A stretch of DNA of 64,000 nucleotides from Desulfosporosinus sp. (GCA_031292095.1 JARLHU010000196.1:674-64673), one strand, 5' to 3'; shown: positions 39,286 through 50,202, numbered from the stretch's first letter. Notes: a model not told the origin generated them from the letters alone. Numbers and translations: made by a program.

Positions 39286-41199
39286 TTACATATCATCATC
39301 TGTGAAGACAATATTTTCCATAAGAAAATCCCGTCGTGGCTCGACAAGCTCACTCATCAGAATCCTAAGTTTACGCTCTGCTTCCAAGGTATCATCGATC
39401 GTGACCTGAATCATACGTCGATTGGCGGGATTCAGAGTTGTCTCCCACAACTGCTCTGGATTCATTTCCCCAAGTCCTTTGTAGCGTGAAATCTTAGCTG
39501 TTTTCCCCAACTCCTTGAGTTCTTTCTTTAATTCGTAGTCGTCGAAAGCATAGTGAATAATCTTACCTCGTTCCTTCTCCACCTTATACAAAGGAGATTG
39601 CGCGATATAGACCCTCCCACTCAAAATCAGTGGTTTCATATATCTATAGAAAAACGTCAACAGTAGGCAGCGAATGTGCGCGCCGTCAATGTCTGCATCC
39701 GTCATAATACAGACACGGGCATAATTGCCCTTTTCTAAATCAAACTCCTTGCCGACTCCCGAGCCAACGGCCGTGATAATGCTCCTGATCTCCTCATTTT
39801 CCAAGACCTTATCGATCTTGGCCCGGTAAGTGTTAATAACTTTCCCTCGTAAAGGAAGAATGGCCTGAAAGCGTCGGTCTCGACCCATTTTAGCCGAACC
39901 GCCGGCACTATCCCCTTCAACGAGAAAAAGCTCGTTGCGTGTTTTGTCTTTCCCACTACAGGCCGCGAGTTTACCACTGAGTGCCTTTACCTCGGCATCT
40001 CGAGCTTTCTTTTTAAGCTCCTTGGCTTTCTTGGCCGCAAGTCTTATCAGGGAGGTTGTCAACGTCCGATTGATAACCTCTTTAGCTACAGATGAGTTTT
40101 GCTCAAAGAATTGACTGATCCCCTCATTGGTTAGCGACTGCACAATCCCTTCAACTTCCATATTGGAGAGTTTCGTCTTGGTCTGTCCTTCAAATTGGGG
40201 GTCTTTAACTTTAAGCGATAATACGCACGTTAAGCCATCTTTAAGGTCATCCCCGATCAGATTTTCATCTTTTTTAAAGAGATTGTTTTTCCGGCCGTAA
40301 TTATTGAAGACTTTTGTTAGTGCCGTTCGGAAACCGGACTCATGAGTCCCGCCCTCATCCGTGGGGATATTGTTGACATAAGAGTGCAACGATTCATCAT
40401 CTCCATTGTTATACTGAATAGCACACTCTACAATCACATCCTCCTTTTCCCCTTTAAAATAGATCGGTTTCTTATGAACGGGCAAGACACTTGCTTCTTT
40501 GATTAAGTGTTCAACAAAACCGATGATCCCATCTTTTGGAGAAAAGGTTTCAGACTTTGTTTCTCCGCGTAGGTCTGTAAGGAAAATGGTTAGACCGTTA
40601 TTGAGAAAAGACAGCTCCATTAAACGACTTCTTAGGGAATCATATTTAAAAATAGTTGTTTCTTTGAAGATGAGGGGATCGGGTTTGAATACCACGGTTG
40701 TTCCTGTGCCAGATATTTTTTTCTTGATAATGTGTAGATCTGCCTTGAGCTGACCCCCGTTAACATATTCAACTCGATAAAGTTTTCCACCTCGTTTTAT
40801 GTCGGCTGTTAAATAAACCGACAAGGCGTTGACCACGCTTGCTCCAACACCATGCAACCCTCCAGACGTTTTATAGGTATCCCCTCCAAATTTACCTCCG
40901 GCATGTAACGTCTCAAAAGCTAAGCGCACAGCCGGGATTTTCTTGACAGAATGTATGTCAACTGGAATCCCACGCCCATTGTCCTCAATCGTAATCGATC
41001 CATCTATGTTAACCGTAACCGCGATTTGATCACAAAATCCGGCCCCAGCCTCATCAATGGCGTTATCGATAATTTCATAAGCAAGGTGGTGAAGTCCTCT
41101 GCTCCCAGTGGAACCGATATACATGCCAGGACGTTTGCGGACCGCCTCCAATCCTTCTAAGACCTGGATAGATTCTGCATTATATTGCGTTTCTGACAA
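39286..41199 (-). CDS. parE: Type IIA topoisomerase B subunit, probably topoisomerase IV
   Basis: RKRPGMYIG, DNGRGIP, EGDSAGG, PLRGK, DADIDG, YKGLGEM. Confidence 0.75.
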   Translation of the reverse strand: MSETQYNAESIQVLEGLEAVRKRPGMYIGSTGSRGLHHLAYEIIDNAIDEAGAGFCDQIAVTVNIDGSITIEDNGRGIPVDIHSVKKIPAVRLAFETLHAGGKFGGDTYKTSGGLHGVGASVVNALSVYLTADIKRGGKLYRVEYVNGGQLKADLHIIKKKISGTGTTVVFKPDPLIFKETTIFKYDSLRSRLMELSFLNNGLTIFLTDLRGETKSETFSPKDGIIGFVEHLIKEASVLPVHKKPIYFKGEKEDVIVECAIQYNNGDDESLHSYVNNIPTDEGGTHESGFRTALTKVFNNYGRKNNLFKKDENLIGDDLKDGLTCVLSLKVKDPQFEGQTKTKLSNMEVEGIVQSLTNEGISQFFEQNSSVAKEVINRTLTTSLIRLAAKKAKELKKKARDAEVKALSGKLAACSGKDKTRNELFLVEGDSAGGSAKMGRDRRFQAILPLRGKVINTYRAKIDKVLENEEIRSIITAVGSGVGKEFDLEKGNYARVCIMTDADIDGAHIRCLLLTFFYRYMKPLILSGRVYIAQSPLYKVEKERGKIIHYAFDDYELKKELKELGKTAKISRYKGLGEMNPEQLWETTLNPANRRMIQVTIDDTLEAERKLRILMSELVEPRRDFLMENIVFTDDDM

Positions 41200-41236
41200 G
41201 ACCAGTTCACTTCCTTATAATAATTATAATCTTTCC

Positions 41237-41403
41237 GAGTCACCCACTTCTTTAAGTGGGTGTTCCTTATTCTACTTCGGTGACGATAGTCTCCGGTGGA
41301 GAGTATCGCCGAGCCGCCTTTCCCAATAGAAATACATGGCGGCGAAGGAGGTAGACTCTCCCACCGAAGTCTCGATGTTCAGCTTTAGCTGAACGAGTTC
41401 ACT
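41237..41403. mobile_element. Palindromic non-autonomous element (IS200/IS605 PATE-like)
   Basis: End hairpins CACCCACTT-CTTT-AAGTGGGTG and GTTCAGCTTTAGCTGAAC; internal ACTTCGGTG...CACCGAAGT. Confidence 0.7.
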
Positions 41404-41819
41404 GATCGCAAACACATTTCGCATTTCGAACATCTAGTCCTTGGATTTGTTCTACTATACTTCAAATGGAGTTTCCAAAACAATAATTACAATATCACCT
41501 GAGATTACTTTTGTCACCTACATAGTAATTGAACAACGGGCACAGAAAAGAGGTGGTTCAAGAGTTACCACCTCAATTTCATCCTTGGTATCTATTTCTG
41601 GTTAACTATGCCATCAAGAATGTCCCATCTTTCATCCTTTTTCTTGTGGTAATAGCATAATAAACATTCTCCTTTTTAACGATCGCAGAGGTTTTACTTC
41701 TTATATATTACCATATTTTTCATAAAATAATAAGGACTTACAGAATCCATATGTCGTTGACTAACTATTCCTAAAAGCTGGCATTCTATAGTAATAAAGT
41801 TAAAAATACAATTAGTGAG

Positions 41820-42011
41820 GTGTTGCCTGTGGAAGTCTACGGTCAAACCAATATTTTAGCAATCGTCACCGGACTATCTATAGTTACGACTGGCTGCCTG
41901 ATCTCTTACCTATTTCAAAAAAAGCTATTTAATAAGTACCGTGATAAGGTTAGGAATGAACTGGACAAAGCCCGCTCGGAACCCCCGGTGATCCCCGACA
42001 AAAAAGTATGA
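41820..42011 (+). CDS. Small single-TM protein
   Basis: 63 aa, one hydrophobic helix, GTGAGGTG RBS-like sequence at the start. Confidence 0.55.
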   Translation: MLPVEVYGQTNILAIVTGLSIVTTGCLISYLFQKKLFNKYRDKVRNELDKARSEPPVIPDKKV

Positions 42012-42023
42012 TAACCCTCCACT

Positions 42024-42054
42024 CGAACCACGAACTTCGAACATCGAACCACGA
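42024..42054. repeat. Tandem heptamer repeat
   Basis: CGAACCA-CGAACTT-CGAACAT-CGAACCA-CGA. Confidence 0.75.
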
Positions 42055-43149
42055 CTAAGCCGTTCCCCGCTTGCGCAAAATCAGCGCCGCAGCAAATAGG
42101 AAGAGTTCAAGACCGGTCTCGACGAAAGCCGCCACAATAGGATAAGTATAGTGATAGAAGTTTGTCTGTTGGATACCACTGGGGAAAGATACTATGCAGA
42201 GCACTAAGGAGATTAAGGCCCCTGAATAAATCAGTGACTTATAGTTCTTCAGTCCAGCTACTTGAGAGAGCCCCACGCCGAAGGCCCAAAGCAGGCTAGA
42301 TGAGCCCACGATTGATGACCCGACGTTGATCAGTAGCCAGATCATCTCAACTCTTTCAAAATAGTTACTGAAATTGATCATCTTAGCGAGCTGGATCCCG
42401 GGTGAGACCATATATTGCGCATCCACGATCCCAAAGATGCCCACAGATAAAACAGTAACTAGGCCCACTAACAACGCCCCCATACTGACAGCGCTAAACT
42501 TGGCCAGAAAGCCGTTTTCTGGTCGGTTGCAAAGCGGGATATACATAGCCATGATAATGCAAATACCGAAACTGGTAAGGAGTAAGGGCGCGCCCGCCAG
42601 GAAAGGCGCCACACCTTCATCAAACTGAGGTTTCAGCCTGGCGATGTGAAAAGAGGGTAAAACTAGGAAGCAAAGGGTGACAATACTGAGAAAAAACAGA
42701 GGTCCTAAGATTTCGGTCATTCTAGCGATTACTTCAATCCCTTTACGTCCTATGAAAGCGCAGACTAGGTAATTAGCTACCAAGATAATATTGAAAGGAG
42801 TTCGGGGCAGAAAGACGGTGTGAACTATCTGGGCTAAGCCATGCAACAATACGGTGCACGCTAGTAAGAAGAATAGTGGGAATATAATTCCGACCAGCCT
42901 GCCCAAATACTTGCCTAGAATGGTGATGCTGTACTGCACGAAGTTTTCTCCAGGAAAGCGGATCCCCATATAGGCATAGACTAGGGCTAGCAGGACATCG
43001 AGAAACCAGGCACCGAGGACCGATAGCCAAGCATCCCTCCCTGCCTGCATTATTAGCAGACCTGGCATCTGCATAGACGCAAATATGGAAATAATGATAA
43101 ACAATAGCCAGACAAACTGATTTGTGTTGATAATTCCTTTTTCCGGCAT
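42055..43149 (-). CDS. Spore germinant receptor B subunit
   Basis: AGRDAWLS, PRTP, GIEVIAR, FERVE. Confidence 0.9.
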   Translation of the reverse strand: MPEKGIINTNQFVWLLFIIISIFASMQMPGLLIMQAGRDAWLSVLGAWFLDVLLALVYAYMGIRFPGENFVQYSITILGKYLGRLVGIIFPLFFLLACTVLLHGLAQIVHTVFLPRTPFNIILVANYLVCAFIGRKGIEVIARMTEILGPLFFLSIVTLCFLVLPSFHIARLKPQFDEGVAPFLAGAPLLLTSFGICIIMAMYIPLCNRPENGFLAKFSAVSMGALLVGLVTVLSVGIFGIVDAQYMVSPGIQLAKMINFSNYFERVEMIWLLINVGSSIVGSSSLLWAFGVGLSQVAGLKNYKSLIYSGALISLVLCIVSFPSGIQQTNFYHYTYPIVAAFVETGLELFLFAAALILRKRGTA

Positions 43150-43168
43150 CCAATCACCTTTCTTATAA

Positions 43169-43381
43169 TTACTTAAAAATAGCTTTACCTACCGGTTCGA
43201 GCAGTCGTTCCAAAAGTGCTAGGAGAGATGGCAAGCCAAGGTAATAGCCCACTGCCAGTAGGAAGGCAATGCCGAGGAGAGTGCTCATAACAGCCAGCTC
43301 CTTCCACTGACCTTGTTTTCCGAGAGGTATCCCTTCAGCCAAACCAATGACTAGGGCCGCAAACACTATTAGAACGGTCAT
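43169..43381 (-). CDS. Small two-TM germinant receptor D-type subunit
   Basis: 70 aa hydrophobic protein inside the ger operon. Confidence 0.7.
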   Translation of the reverse strand: MTVLIVFAALVIGLAEGIPLGKQGQWKELAVMSTLLGIAFLLAVGYYLGLPSLLALLERLLEPVGKAIFK

Positions 43382-43385
43382 TCAT

Positions 43386-44642
43386 TTATTCCTCCGGCTC
43401 ACTTCGCAACGTGGAGTTACTTATCATACCAGCACTCAAAATCTCGACCTCACAGGAAATCTGATAATCTATAGTAGGAAAAATGTTATCCCAGTTATTC
43501 TTGATCTGCTTCCATTCGACGGGATAATAGTTATGTAGATTTTCCGCAAAACCGACACAGTCGGACTTGAGGTCGTTCTGGGCAGTGCTAATAGTATGTT
43601 CAATCTGAAGTTTCATCGTTTCCGCCGCCTGGAGTTGCAGTAGTGCTACCACCTTGGGATCGAGCACATTTACACCGGTTGTTCCAGTTTCATGGAGTGC
43701 GGCCTTGACTGTCATTACTATATTCATAGTTATACCGTTTTCTGAAATTTGTGGAGTAATGGTCGCTTTGCCATCCTTGATGTCAAGCAAAATTTCTCCC
43801 TTGTCCCCATTCGTCTGTGCCTGAGGAGCATAAACGAATGTTATACTACTCCCTTTTGGAGAATCCACAAGCCATCTATGGGCTCTTGTGTCCTCCTCGT
43901 TCAGTACACCTACCATTCTTAGATTTTTAAAAACGGCGGTCTTTCCCAGCGTCAGGGTTTTAGGTTTTCTCTCGGAGTCCAAAGGCCTACCAACAGCCTT
44001 TTCCAACTGGCCGGTAACCTGCTTGTCAATGTCCTCCAACTGTGCTAACGGGGTAAAGCTAACCTGCGAATCTCCATTGAGTTGGGCAAAAAAATCATTA
44101 CAGTTCATTGGTAGGACACGACCCACTGTTTCAAAATTCTGCAGGATAAGATCCAAGCCTACAGCTGGCACCTGCTCCAGGGCAATCTCCTTCTCTAGGA
44201 TCTCCTTAGCGGTCATGTCTGTGGTAATTATCCAGTTGGAGCGGCGGAATTCTCTGTCGCGTTTTAGGTCGTCCAAGATTTCGCCTATACCTGTTTCAGC
44301 CAAGTCCTTTCCCAAGACAATTAGCTTGCAGTGAGAAAGTAAAATGCGCCTCGTAGACTGTGTACCTAAATTGAGGATAGCTTCAGACAGCGACTTACCC
44401 TCGCTATTCATTACCGTGTAAGCTTTCCCTCCGCCCCCCTGCCCTCCTTTTTGTTTACTCCCCCCCTTCTCTTCAGAACTCGCAATTTGCACTGTCAAAA
44501 GGATGATTTTACTCCCCGGTATACGGTCGAGCCCGATTGCCATGACCGAGGCTAGGCGGTCTACCTCCTTATAATCCCAACAACCCGTCAGCAGTAAGGA
44601 TATACATACCATAATCAAGGCCATTTTACGCATAGTTAACAC
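43386..44642 (-). CDS. Spore germinant receptor C subunit (lipoprotein)
   Basis: LLTGCWDYKE lipobox, DCVGF. Confidence 0.92.
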   Translation of the reverse strand: MLTMRKMALIMVCISLLLTGCWDYKEVDRLASVMAIGLDRIPGSKIILLTVQIASSEEKGGSKQKGGQGGGGKAYTVMNSEGKSLSEAILNLGTQSTRRILLSHCKLIVLGKDLAETGIGEILDDLKRDREFRRSNWIITTDMTAKEILEKEIALEQVPAVGLDLILQNFETVGRVLPMNCNDFFAQLNGDSQVSFTPLAQLEDIDKQVTGQLEKAVGRPLDSERKPKTLTLGKTAVFKNLRMVGVLNEEDTRAHRWLVDSPKGSSITFVYAPQAQTNGDKGEILLDIKDGKATITPQISENGITMNIVMTVKAALHETGTTGVNVLDPKVVALLQLQAAETMKLQIEHTISTAQNDLKSDCVGFAENLHNYYPVEWKQIKNNWDNIFPTIDYQISCEVEILSAGMISNSTLRSEPEE

Positions 44643-44645
44643 CCT

Positions 44646-46247
44646 TTATTGCTGATTTTCATCGGGCGGGGCTGGTTTCAGGAAAAACTTCTGCCTTTGT
44701 CTGTTATTGTTATTATTCTTGGCAATCAGACGGGGCCTTTCGCCCATGGCCCACCAGGGTACCCTCATCACAAAGTCCTTAGCATCTTTCAGATTAAAAG
44801 GAGCAAGCGGAGCAAAGTAGGGTACTCCGAAGGAACGCAGGGAAACAAGATGTGCCTGCATGACCAATAAGCCAAGCAACATTCCAAAAAGACCCAGAGT
44901 AGATGCTAAAAGTATCATGACGAACCGCAAAATACGAATTGCCAGTGCAAAGCTGTAGGAAGGAATGCCAAAGGATGCAATGCCGGTAAGAGCTACTACG
45001 ATCACTGTGGTAGGTGAAACCATGCTGGCTTGCACGGCCGCTTCCCCGATGACTAGTCCGCCCACAATGCTGACAGCTTGTCCTACAGGCTTTGGGAGTC
45101 GTATTCCGGCCTCTCGTAAAGCCTCAAAAGTCACTTCCATAAATAAAACCTCAACGATAGTTGGAAATGGTACCCCCACGCGAGCGGCGGTAAGACTGAT
45201 CAATAAGGGCGTGGGCAGCAAACCTCGATGATAGGTCGAAACGGCAATGTACAAAGCGGGGAGAAGTAACGCCAAATTGAGGAAGAAGAAACGCACCACT
45301 CGCACCGATGTGGCATAAACTGAGCGATCATAATAATCTTCGCTGGACTGCAGAAACTGAAACATCATAGTTGGTACTATCAAGACAAACGGTGTTCCAT
45401 CCGTAAAAACAGCTACCTGACCCTGTAATATTCCAGCGGCTATTTTGTCTGGCCGTTCACTATGATCAATCTGCGGAAATAGCGTGAAAGGTTCATCTTC
45501 GATCATTTCCTCGATATAGGCGCTCTCTAGTATTGAGTCAACATCGATTAAGGATATTCTTTTTTTCACCTCGTCGACTACTTTGGGATTAGCGGTACCT
45601 TCCAAGTAGGCGATATTCACCTCAGTCTTGGTGACTCGCCCTAGGACGAACTTTTCTAATTTTAAGGTAGGAGTTTTTATTTTGCGCCGCAACAACGCGG
45701 TGTTGGTACGCAGGCTTTCAGTAAATCCCTCCCGAGGGCCTCTGACTACTCCTTCCGTAACCGATTCAGAAACTATCCGGCCCTCAAAACCCTTGGTTGC
45801 TATTTTTAAGGCTTGGGCGGCTCCCTCCAGCAACAAGACCACATTTCCCGTGAGTACGGCATCGACGATTTCCCCGCTTGTCGAGATTTCTGTGATGTTG
45901 CCAATTTCCAAAAATAAGTTTCTAATCTTTTGGATATTATTAGAACCGGAGGCTTCAAGATTGGAATCTCGCATGTTCAATAGAGATTTTAAGATGTCTT
46001 GGTTGACCGTTTGTTCATCGGTGATCCCATTCAGATATACGAGCAGTACAGGTACTTGTTCCTGTCCAATCTTCAAGTCCCGGTAGATGAGATCCGTGCA
46101 ATTCGCAAAAATAGTTTGAATTGTAGTTAGGTTCTCTGCTAATGTACTGCTTAAAGACTGTTTTTCCTGTTCGGCTTCATCCTCAACGGGCTGGTTTAAA
46201 TCAGGTTCTGGCGTTCTTTTTCTTTTACGTACCCGGAAAGGCCTCAT
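44646..46247 (-). CDS. Spore germinant receptor A subunit
   Basis: RGPREGFTE, SERPD, EALREAGIRLP. Confidence 0.95.
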   Translation of the reverse strand: MRPFRVRKRKRTPEPDLNQPVEDEAEQEKQSLSSTLAENLTTIQTIFANCTDLIYRDLKIGQEQVPVLLVYLNGITDEQTVNQDILKSLLNMRDSNLEASGSNNIQKIRNLFLEIGNITEISTSGEIVDAVLTGNVVLLLEGAAQALKIATKGFEGRIVSESVTEGVVRGPREGFTESLRTNTALLRRKIKTPTLKLEKFVLGRVTKTEVNIAYLEGTANPKVVDEVKKRISLIDVDSILESAYIEEMIEDEPFTLFPQIDHSERPDKIAAGILQGQVAVFTDGTPFVLIVPTMMFQFLQSSEDYYDRSVYATSVRVVRFFFLNLALLLPALYIAVSTYHRGLLPTPLLISLTAARVGVPFPTIVEVLFMEVTFEALREAGIRLPKPVGQAVSIVGGLVIGEAAVQASMVSPTTVIVVALTGIASFGIPSYSFALAIRILRFVMILLASTLGLFGMLLGLLVMQAHLVSLRSFGVPYFAPLAPFNLKDAKDFVMRVPWWAMGERPRLIAKNNNNNRQRQKFFLKPAPPDENQQ

Positions 46248-46277
46248 ACCGCCTCACATCCTGTAAGTTTAATCTAA

Positions 46278-46334
46278 GGCACATTCAAGAAAATAACCAA
46301 GGCATCTTTGACTTGTTATTTTCTTTCATATGCC
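46278..46334. mobile_element. 57-bp MITE with TAA target duplication
   Basis: TAA-GGCACATTCAAGAAAATAAC...GTTATTTTCTTTCATATGCC-TAA. Confidence 0.85.
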
Positions 46335-46574
46335 TAATTAATATTATTTGCGTATCGCAGATCTAATATGCACTTTGAGTCGGGAGGAAGACAAGGGGAC
46401 GGTTCCGGAAGGGTGCAATCGAGAAGTTTTACGCGTTGAAAAAGGCTCAACTCTCAGATTTACTGATAGTTGAGCCTCATTAGTCAAAATCGGTACTGGT
46501 CTACCGTTTCCTTGATCAGTCATAAAGATAGCCAGAATTTGGCACCTGTCAACGCAAAAGACACAACTGATGCA

Positions 46575-47699
46575 CTAGCGTACAATCCCACGATTAACAA
46601 AATCTTGTTTGAGGATCTCTAATCTCTTCGTTCCGTCTAGACGTTTTTGTCTCATTTCCTCTTGTATAGCCTTAGTTTCCTCGATGCCCTTGACGATCGT
46701 CTGCCATGATTTTTCCAAGGTCTCGATACTAACGGAACTACCCGAGGCAAGTTTAGCAACCATTTTCGATTGCAGTGCCGTGTTTTCCGCATTACGAAGT
46801 AAAAGTTCATTTGTTTTCTCATCTAACGCGCTCATCGCTTTGGCTTGTACAGATTGACGCTTTAACATGATTGCTTGAACCAGGCATTGTTTAAAGATTG
46901 GCATAGTAATAACAAAAGCGGAGTTAATCTTGCGCACCAAATTATAATTGCCGTATTCAATGGACTTAATGGTTGGCATACTTTGGACAGCGACATTTTC
47001 GGCAAGTTGTAAATCATAGATTCGTTGTTCCATAATATCTTGTACCTGTACTAGATTATTGACATTCATCTGATCTAACCTGTTGGCCGTCTGGTCGGCT
47101 TTAGCCTGAGCTGCAGGGATGATATTATTCTTAAGCTCTGCGAGTACAACTTGACCTGCATAAATATATTGCCCTAGCTGCTCATAATATTCCGAATTCT
47201 TGACAAACATATCTTCCAAATGCTTATTAGCGATGTTAATTTCTGCTTCATACTTCTTCAGCGTCACAAAAACTTTATCGACTTCATCGCCCATAGAGTT
47301 ATATTTTTGGAAAAGCGCCTCAACTGAATTCTTTGCTTTGGTAAAAATTTTGCCAAGAAAACTAGGGGGTTTCTCCTCAAAATCTTTAATATCAAACTTG
47401 TCCATAATTTTATTGAGCTGAATCAGAAGTTCTCCTGAATCCTCCACCTTTGTCGCTTGCATAGAATGAAGAATGGCGTCTGAAAACCGTGAAACCTCTT
47501 CTGAGGTGTTCTTGCCAAACGTCATGATCGAACTTACATCTTCGACGTTGATCTGACGGACAATGCTGCGCACTTCAGGACTTTCCTGAACCTTGGCCAT
47601 AACTTCGCTTTTCTTCTGTTCGAGATTAAACTCCGGAATAGGTGCCGGCAGTAAACTTTTATCCTCAGTTAAGGTCGTATTAAAGCCTTGAATTTCCAT
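46575..47699 (-). CDS. Toxic anion resistance protein (TelA/YceH-like)
   Basis: Coiled coil, NYNLVRKINSAFVITMP; follows yceG-like gene. Confidence 0.88.
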   Translation of the reverse strand: MEIQGFNTTLTEDKSLLPAPIPEFNLEQKKSEVMAKVQESPEVRSIVRQINVEDVSSIMTFGKNTSEEVSRFSDAILHSMQATKVEDSGELLIQLNKIMDKFDIKDFEEKPPSFLGKIFTKAKNSVEALFQKYNSMGDEVDKVFVTLKKYEAEINIANKHLEDMFVKNSEYYEQLGQYIYAGQVVLAELKNNIIPAAQAKADQTANRLDQMNVNNLVQVQDIMEQRIYDLQLAENVAVQSMPTIKSIEYGNYNLVRKINSAFVITMPIFKQCLVQAIMLKRQSVQAKAMSALDEKTNELLLRNAENTALQSKMVAKLASGSSVSIETLEKSWQTIVKGIEETKAIQEEMRQKRLDGTKRLEILKQDFVNRGIVR

Positions 47700-47715
47700 T
47701 AATATTCCTCTTTTC

Positions 47716-50202
47716 TTAATAATTCTTAAAGAACCGCGACAATAGTCCTAATTTATGAGGCAAAGTCGCTGAAATACTGTTCAATGACGGAAGAACTAGA
47801 TCGTATTTTACGAACGGAAGCTGATGGATGTCTATAAGACTGGGCTTGATCTGTTGCTCAATAGTTTTGTAATTCGTTGGCGTAAAGATTACAACATCAA
47901 GACCCATTAGATTAAAATAGGCAAGTAAAATAGCATCGTTTTCAGTGAAGGGTTCTTTTTCATTGTTGTAGATAATCACTTTAGGAATCTCTTGTGGATA
48001 ATCAAATACTTCAATAAGCTTGATTAGAGAGTCGTCCATCGTTAGAATGGTCATGATCATCTTAAGCTTGAATTTTTCATCGACTGCCGCCACGAACATT
48101 CCTGAGGATAGGAGTTCATTAATCTTAACGATCAGGAAATGCTGTAAATGTCCTTTAAGATAGCCGAATTTGTAGTGCGGACTTTTCATTACTTTCGGCT
48201 CATCAAAGAGACCCTGTTTGTTCAGTAGATAGTCGGTCTGATAAAGCTCCTGCTTGGTGTAGCTTATTTTAGTAAAGGGGACATTTTCAATCAGCTTGGT
48301 ATTAGGAGCAGATGAAAATGCTTTGAGATTTTGCCAATAATCATCAAGGTCTTCACTAACTCCGTTGATCTTGGCAAATAAGTTGGGAACATAAACCTTT
48401 TTGTTTTGAACTTTAAACTCTGGACGAAGTTTAGCTTGTTCCCGCCAAAGTATTTTAAGCTCATCATAAGTGGTTTTAAGAGTAACGGGTTGGGTAGAAT
48501 AACTCTCAAACTGCCACGGTTTATAAAGACCCACCTCTTCGCTATAGATCACTTCTTCAATTTCTTTGGATGCATTATAGGCTATTGTGCTTTTGCGTAT
48601 CAATTGTTCTGCCTCTGGAAAGGGAACTAAAGGCAAGGTATGCTGATTCCGAATAAGATGAGTTAATAAGCCGTCCTGGTCAAAGTGTTGAAAGGCTTTG
48701 TCTCCCTCTTCATCGGAATGGACAAAAAGAACATCACACCCTATTTTATGGAAAGTGTTAAGTAGATAGATTTCATGAGGTTTGATCATGCCATAAAAAA
48801 GAATTTTAGGATTATGCTCATAATCAAACCCTTCCAGACCAAACTGCTTTTTACCATTACTTTTAACAAATAGCTTGGGCAGGTATCTATTTAACCAGGT
48901 AACAAGCTTTAGAGAAAAGTTTAAGACTATGGATGTATTGATATTACTACTTTTCTCTACGAAGAGATTTACGATGTCAATAAACGTTTTTCTGACAGTG
49001 TTGTCCAAAAGCTCGTCATTCGTTTGGGGAAGTATATTGGCCTGGAGAATTTGTTCTAAGATCTCAAATCGATTTTTGTACGGATAAACAATCAAGCTCC
49101 GGGAAATCAAGGCACTCTCCGCTGCACTCGGTGCTGGGATGCCCTCTCGAAACTTAAGATAAAAACCTGGCGTTTGCAACGTTTGGTCAAGATTATAAAG
49201 ACTGTTGTAATATTCCGTCTCCCAGTCATCAGCGGAACTGGGAACTCCAATATAACGCACAAAATAAGTAGGTAGGATAGGGTAGGGCTTACCAACATAG
49301 CCACCTCGTTGGTTCATGGGAATAAGGATTTCCTTAAATATATTTTCAGATCTCTTCAGTTTCACCACAATAATATGATCGTTTAACAAGATATCGTTTT
49401 GGATTGTCAACCGGTCATTTTCGGTTTGTTTCATTGGTTTTGGGAGCTGCTCTATATTAATTTGAGGGCGTTCAATTTTAATCTGTGACTGTTTTATTGT
49501 AGACTGCAGTTTTCCTTCCGGTTCTTGTGTGGGAAAAACGCCGATTGGAAGTTCTTTTTCTTTTTTAATTAAAAAAGAAAATTCGTTTTGCTTATCTACT
49601 TGATCGAACCTATCATTAAACGACGTATTAAGTACAAGAACATCACTCCCTATTAGGGACATAAGAATTAGAAAATAGATCTCGTGGATTTTAGGACTTC
49701 CCCAATAAATTATCTTAGGATTATAAAGAGATTTATTACCAATTTGTTTGCCATAATCTTCGAACCACAATAGAATTTTAGTAACAAAATTGACGACAAT
49801 ACTTAAATTAACAGGTCGCTCATTGGTCATATACAGATTAAGCATTATGCCGAAGGCATTCTTGATTGTTCCGTTGACTTTGATGTCTGAAGTTGCCGAA
49901 AAGTAGCCTTGTATTTCCAAGACATTCAAGAGTGCCCCATTGCTAAAATCCCTGAGCGGAACTTGCTCTAACAATTTCCTGGCTTTCTCAATTAATAATG
50001 TGTCTGTCGGAATTTGAATTACTTTTTCAAAAAAGGTATAGTTGCCAAGTATTCTAAGTTTTTCGTCTAAACGAACGATCTCAGCAAGGTACTGTCGCTC
50101 ATCATCGCACCCAATAATACGGTAGAAGTAAACATAGAAACTAGTCCCCCTTTCGATCAAGGGAGATAGTACGTCATTAAAAATATTGTCTGAATGTTTC
50201 AA
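47716..50202 (-). CDS. YceG-like Ter-cluster protein with duplicated domain
   Basis: Two repeats YFxRxIG...NPKIxxxGxxKxHEIY...IGxDVL; TLKTTYDEL. Confidence 0.8.
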   Translation of the reverse strand: MKHSDNIFNDVLSPLIERGTSFYVYFYRIIGCDDERQYLAEIVRLDEKLRILGNYTFFEKVIQIPTDTLLIEKARKLLEQVPLRDFSNGALLNVLEIQGYFSATSDIKVNGTIKNAFGIMLNLYMTNERPVNLSIVVNFVTKILLWFEDYGKQIGNKSLYNPKIIYWGSPKIHEIYFLILMSLIGSDVLVLNTSFNDRFDQVDKQNEFSFLIKKEKELPIGVFPTQEPEGKLQSTIKQSQIKIERPQINIEQLPKPMKQTENDRLTIQNDILLNDHIIVVKLKRSENIFKEILIPMNQRGGYVGKPYPILPTYFVRYIGVPSSADDWETEYYNSLYNLDQTLQTPGFYLKFREGIPAPSAAESALISRSLIVYPYKNRFEILEQILQANILPQTNDELLDNTVRKTFIDIVNLFVEKSSNINTSIVLNFSLKLVTWLNRYLPKLFVKSNGKKQFGLEGFDYEHNPKILFYGMIKPHEIYLLNTFHKIGCDVLFVHSDEEGDKAFQHFDQDGLLTHLIRNQHTLPLVPFPEAEQLIRKSTIAYNASKEIEEVIYSEEVGLYKPWQFESYSTQPVTLKTTYDELKILWREQAKLRPEFKVQNKKVYVPNLFAKINGVSEDLDDYWQNLKAFSSAPNTKLIENVPFTKISYTKQELYQTDYLLNKQGLFDEPKVMKSPHYKFGYLKGHLQHFLIVKINELLSSGMFVAAVDEKFKLKMIMTILTMDDSLIKLIEVFDYPQEIPKVIIYNNEKEPFTENDAILLAYFNLMGLDVVIFTPTNYKTIEQQIKPSLIDIHQLPFVKYDLVLPSLNSISATLPHKLGLLSRFFKNY

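Noticed and set aside
36743-41199. Calling the pair gyrA/gyrB
   Set aside because: No canonical GyrA box in the first CTD blade and no origin-region neighbours; topoisomerase IV preferred, not proven
46388-46405. GACAAGGGGACGGTTC, REP-like end
   Set aside because: Single short half-site with no partner or RAYT gene
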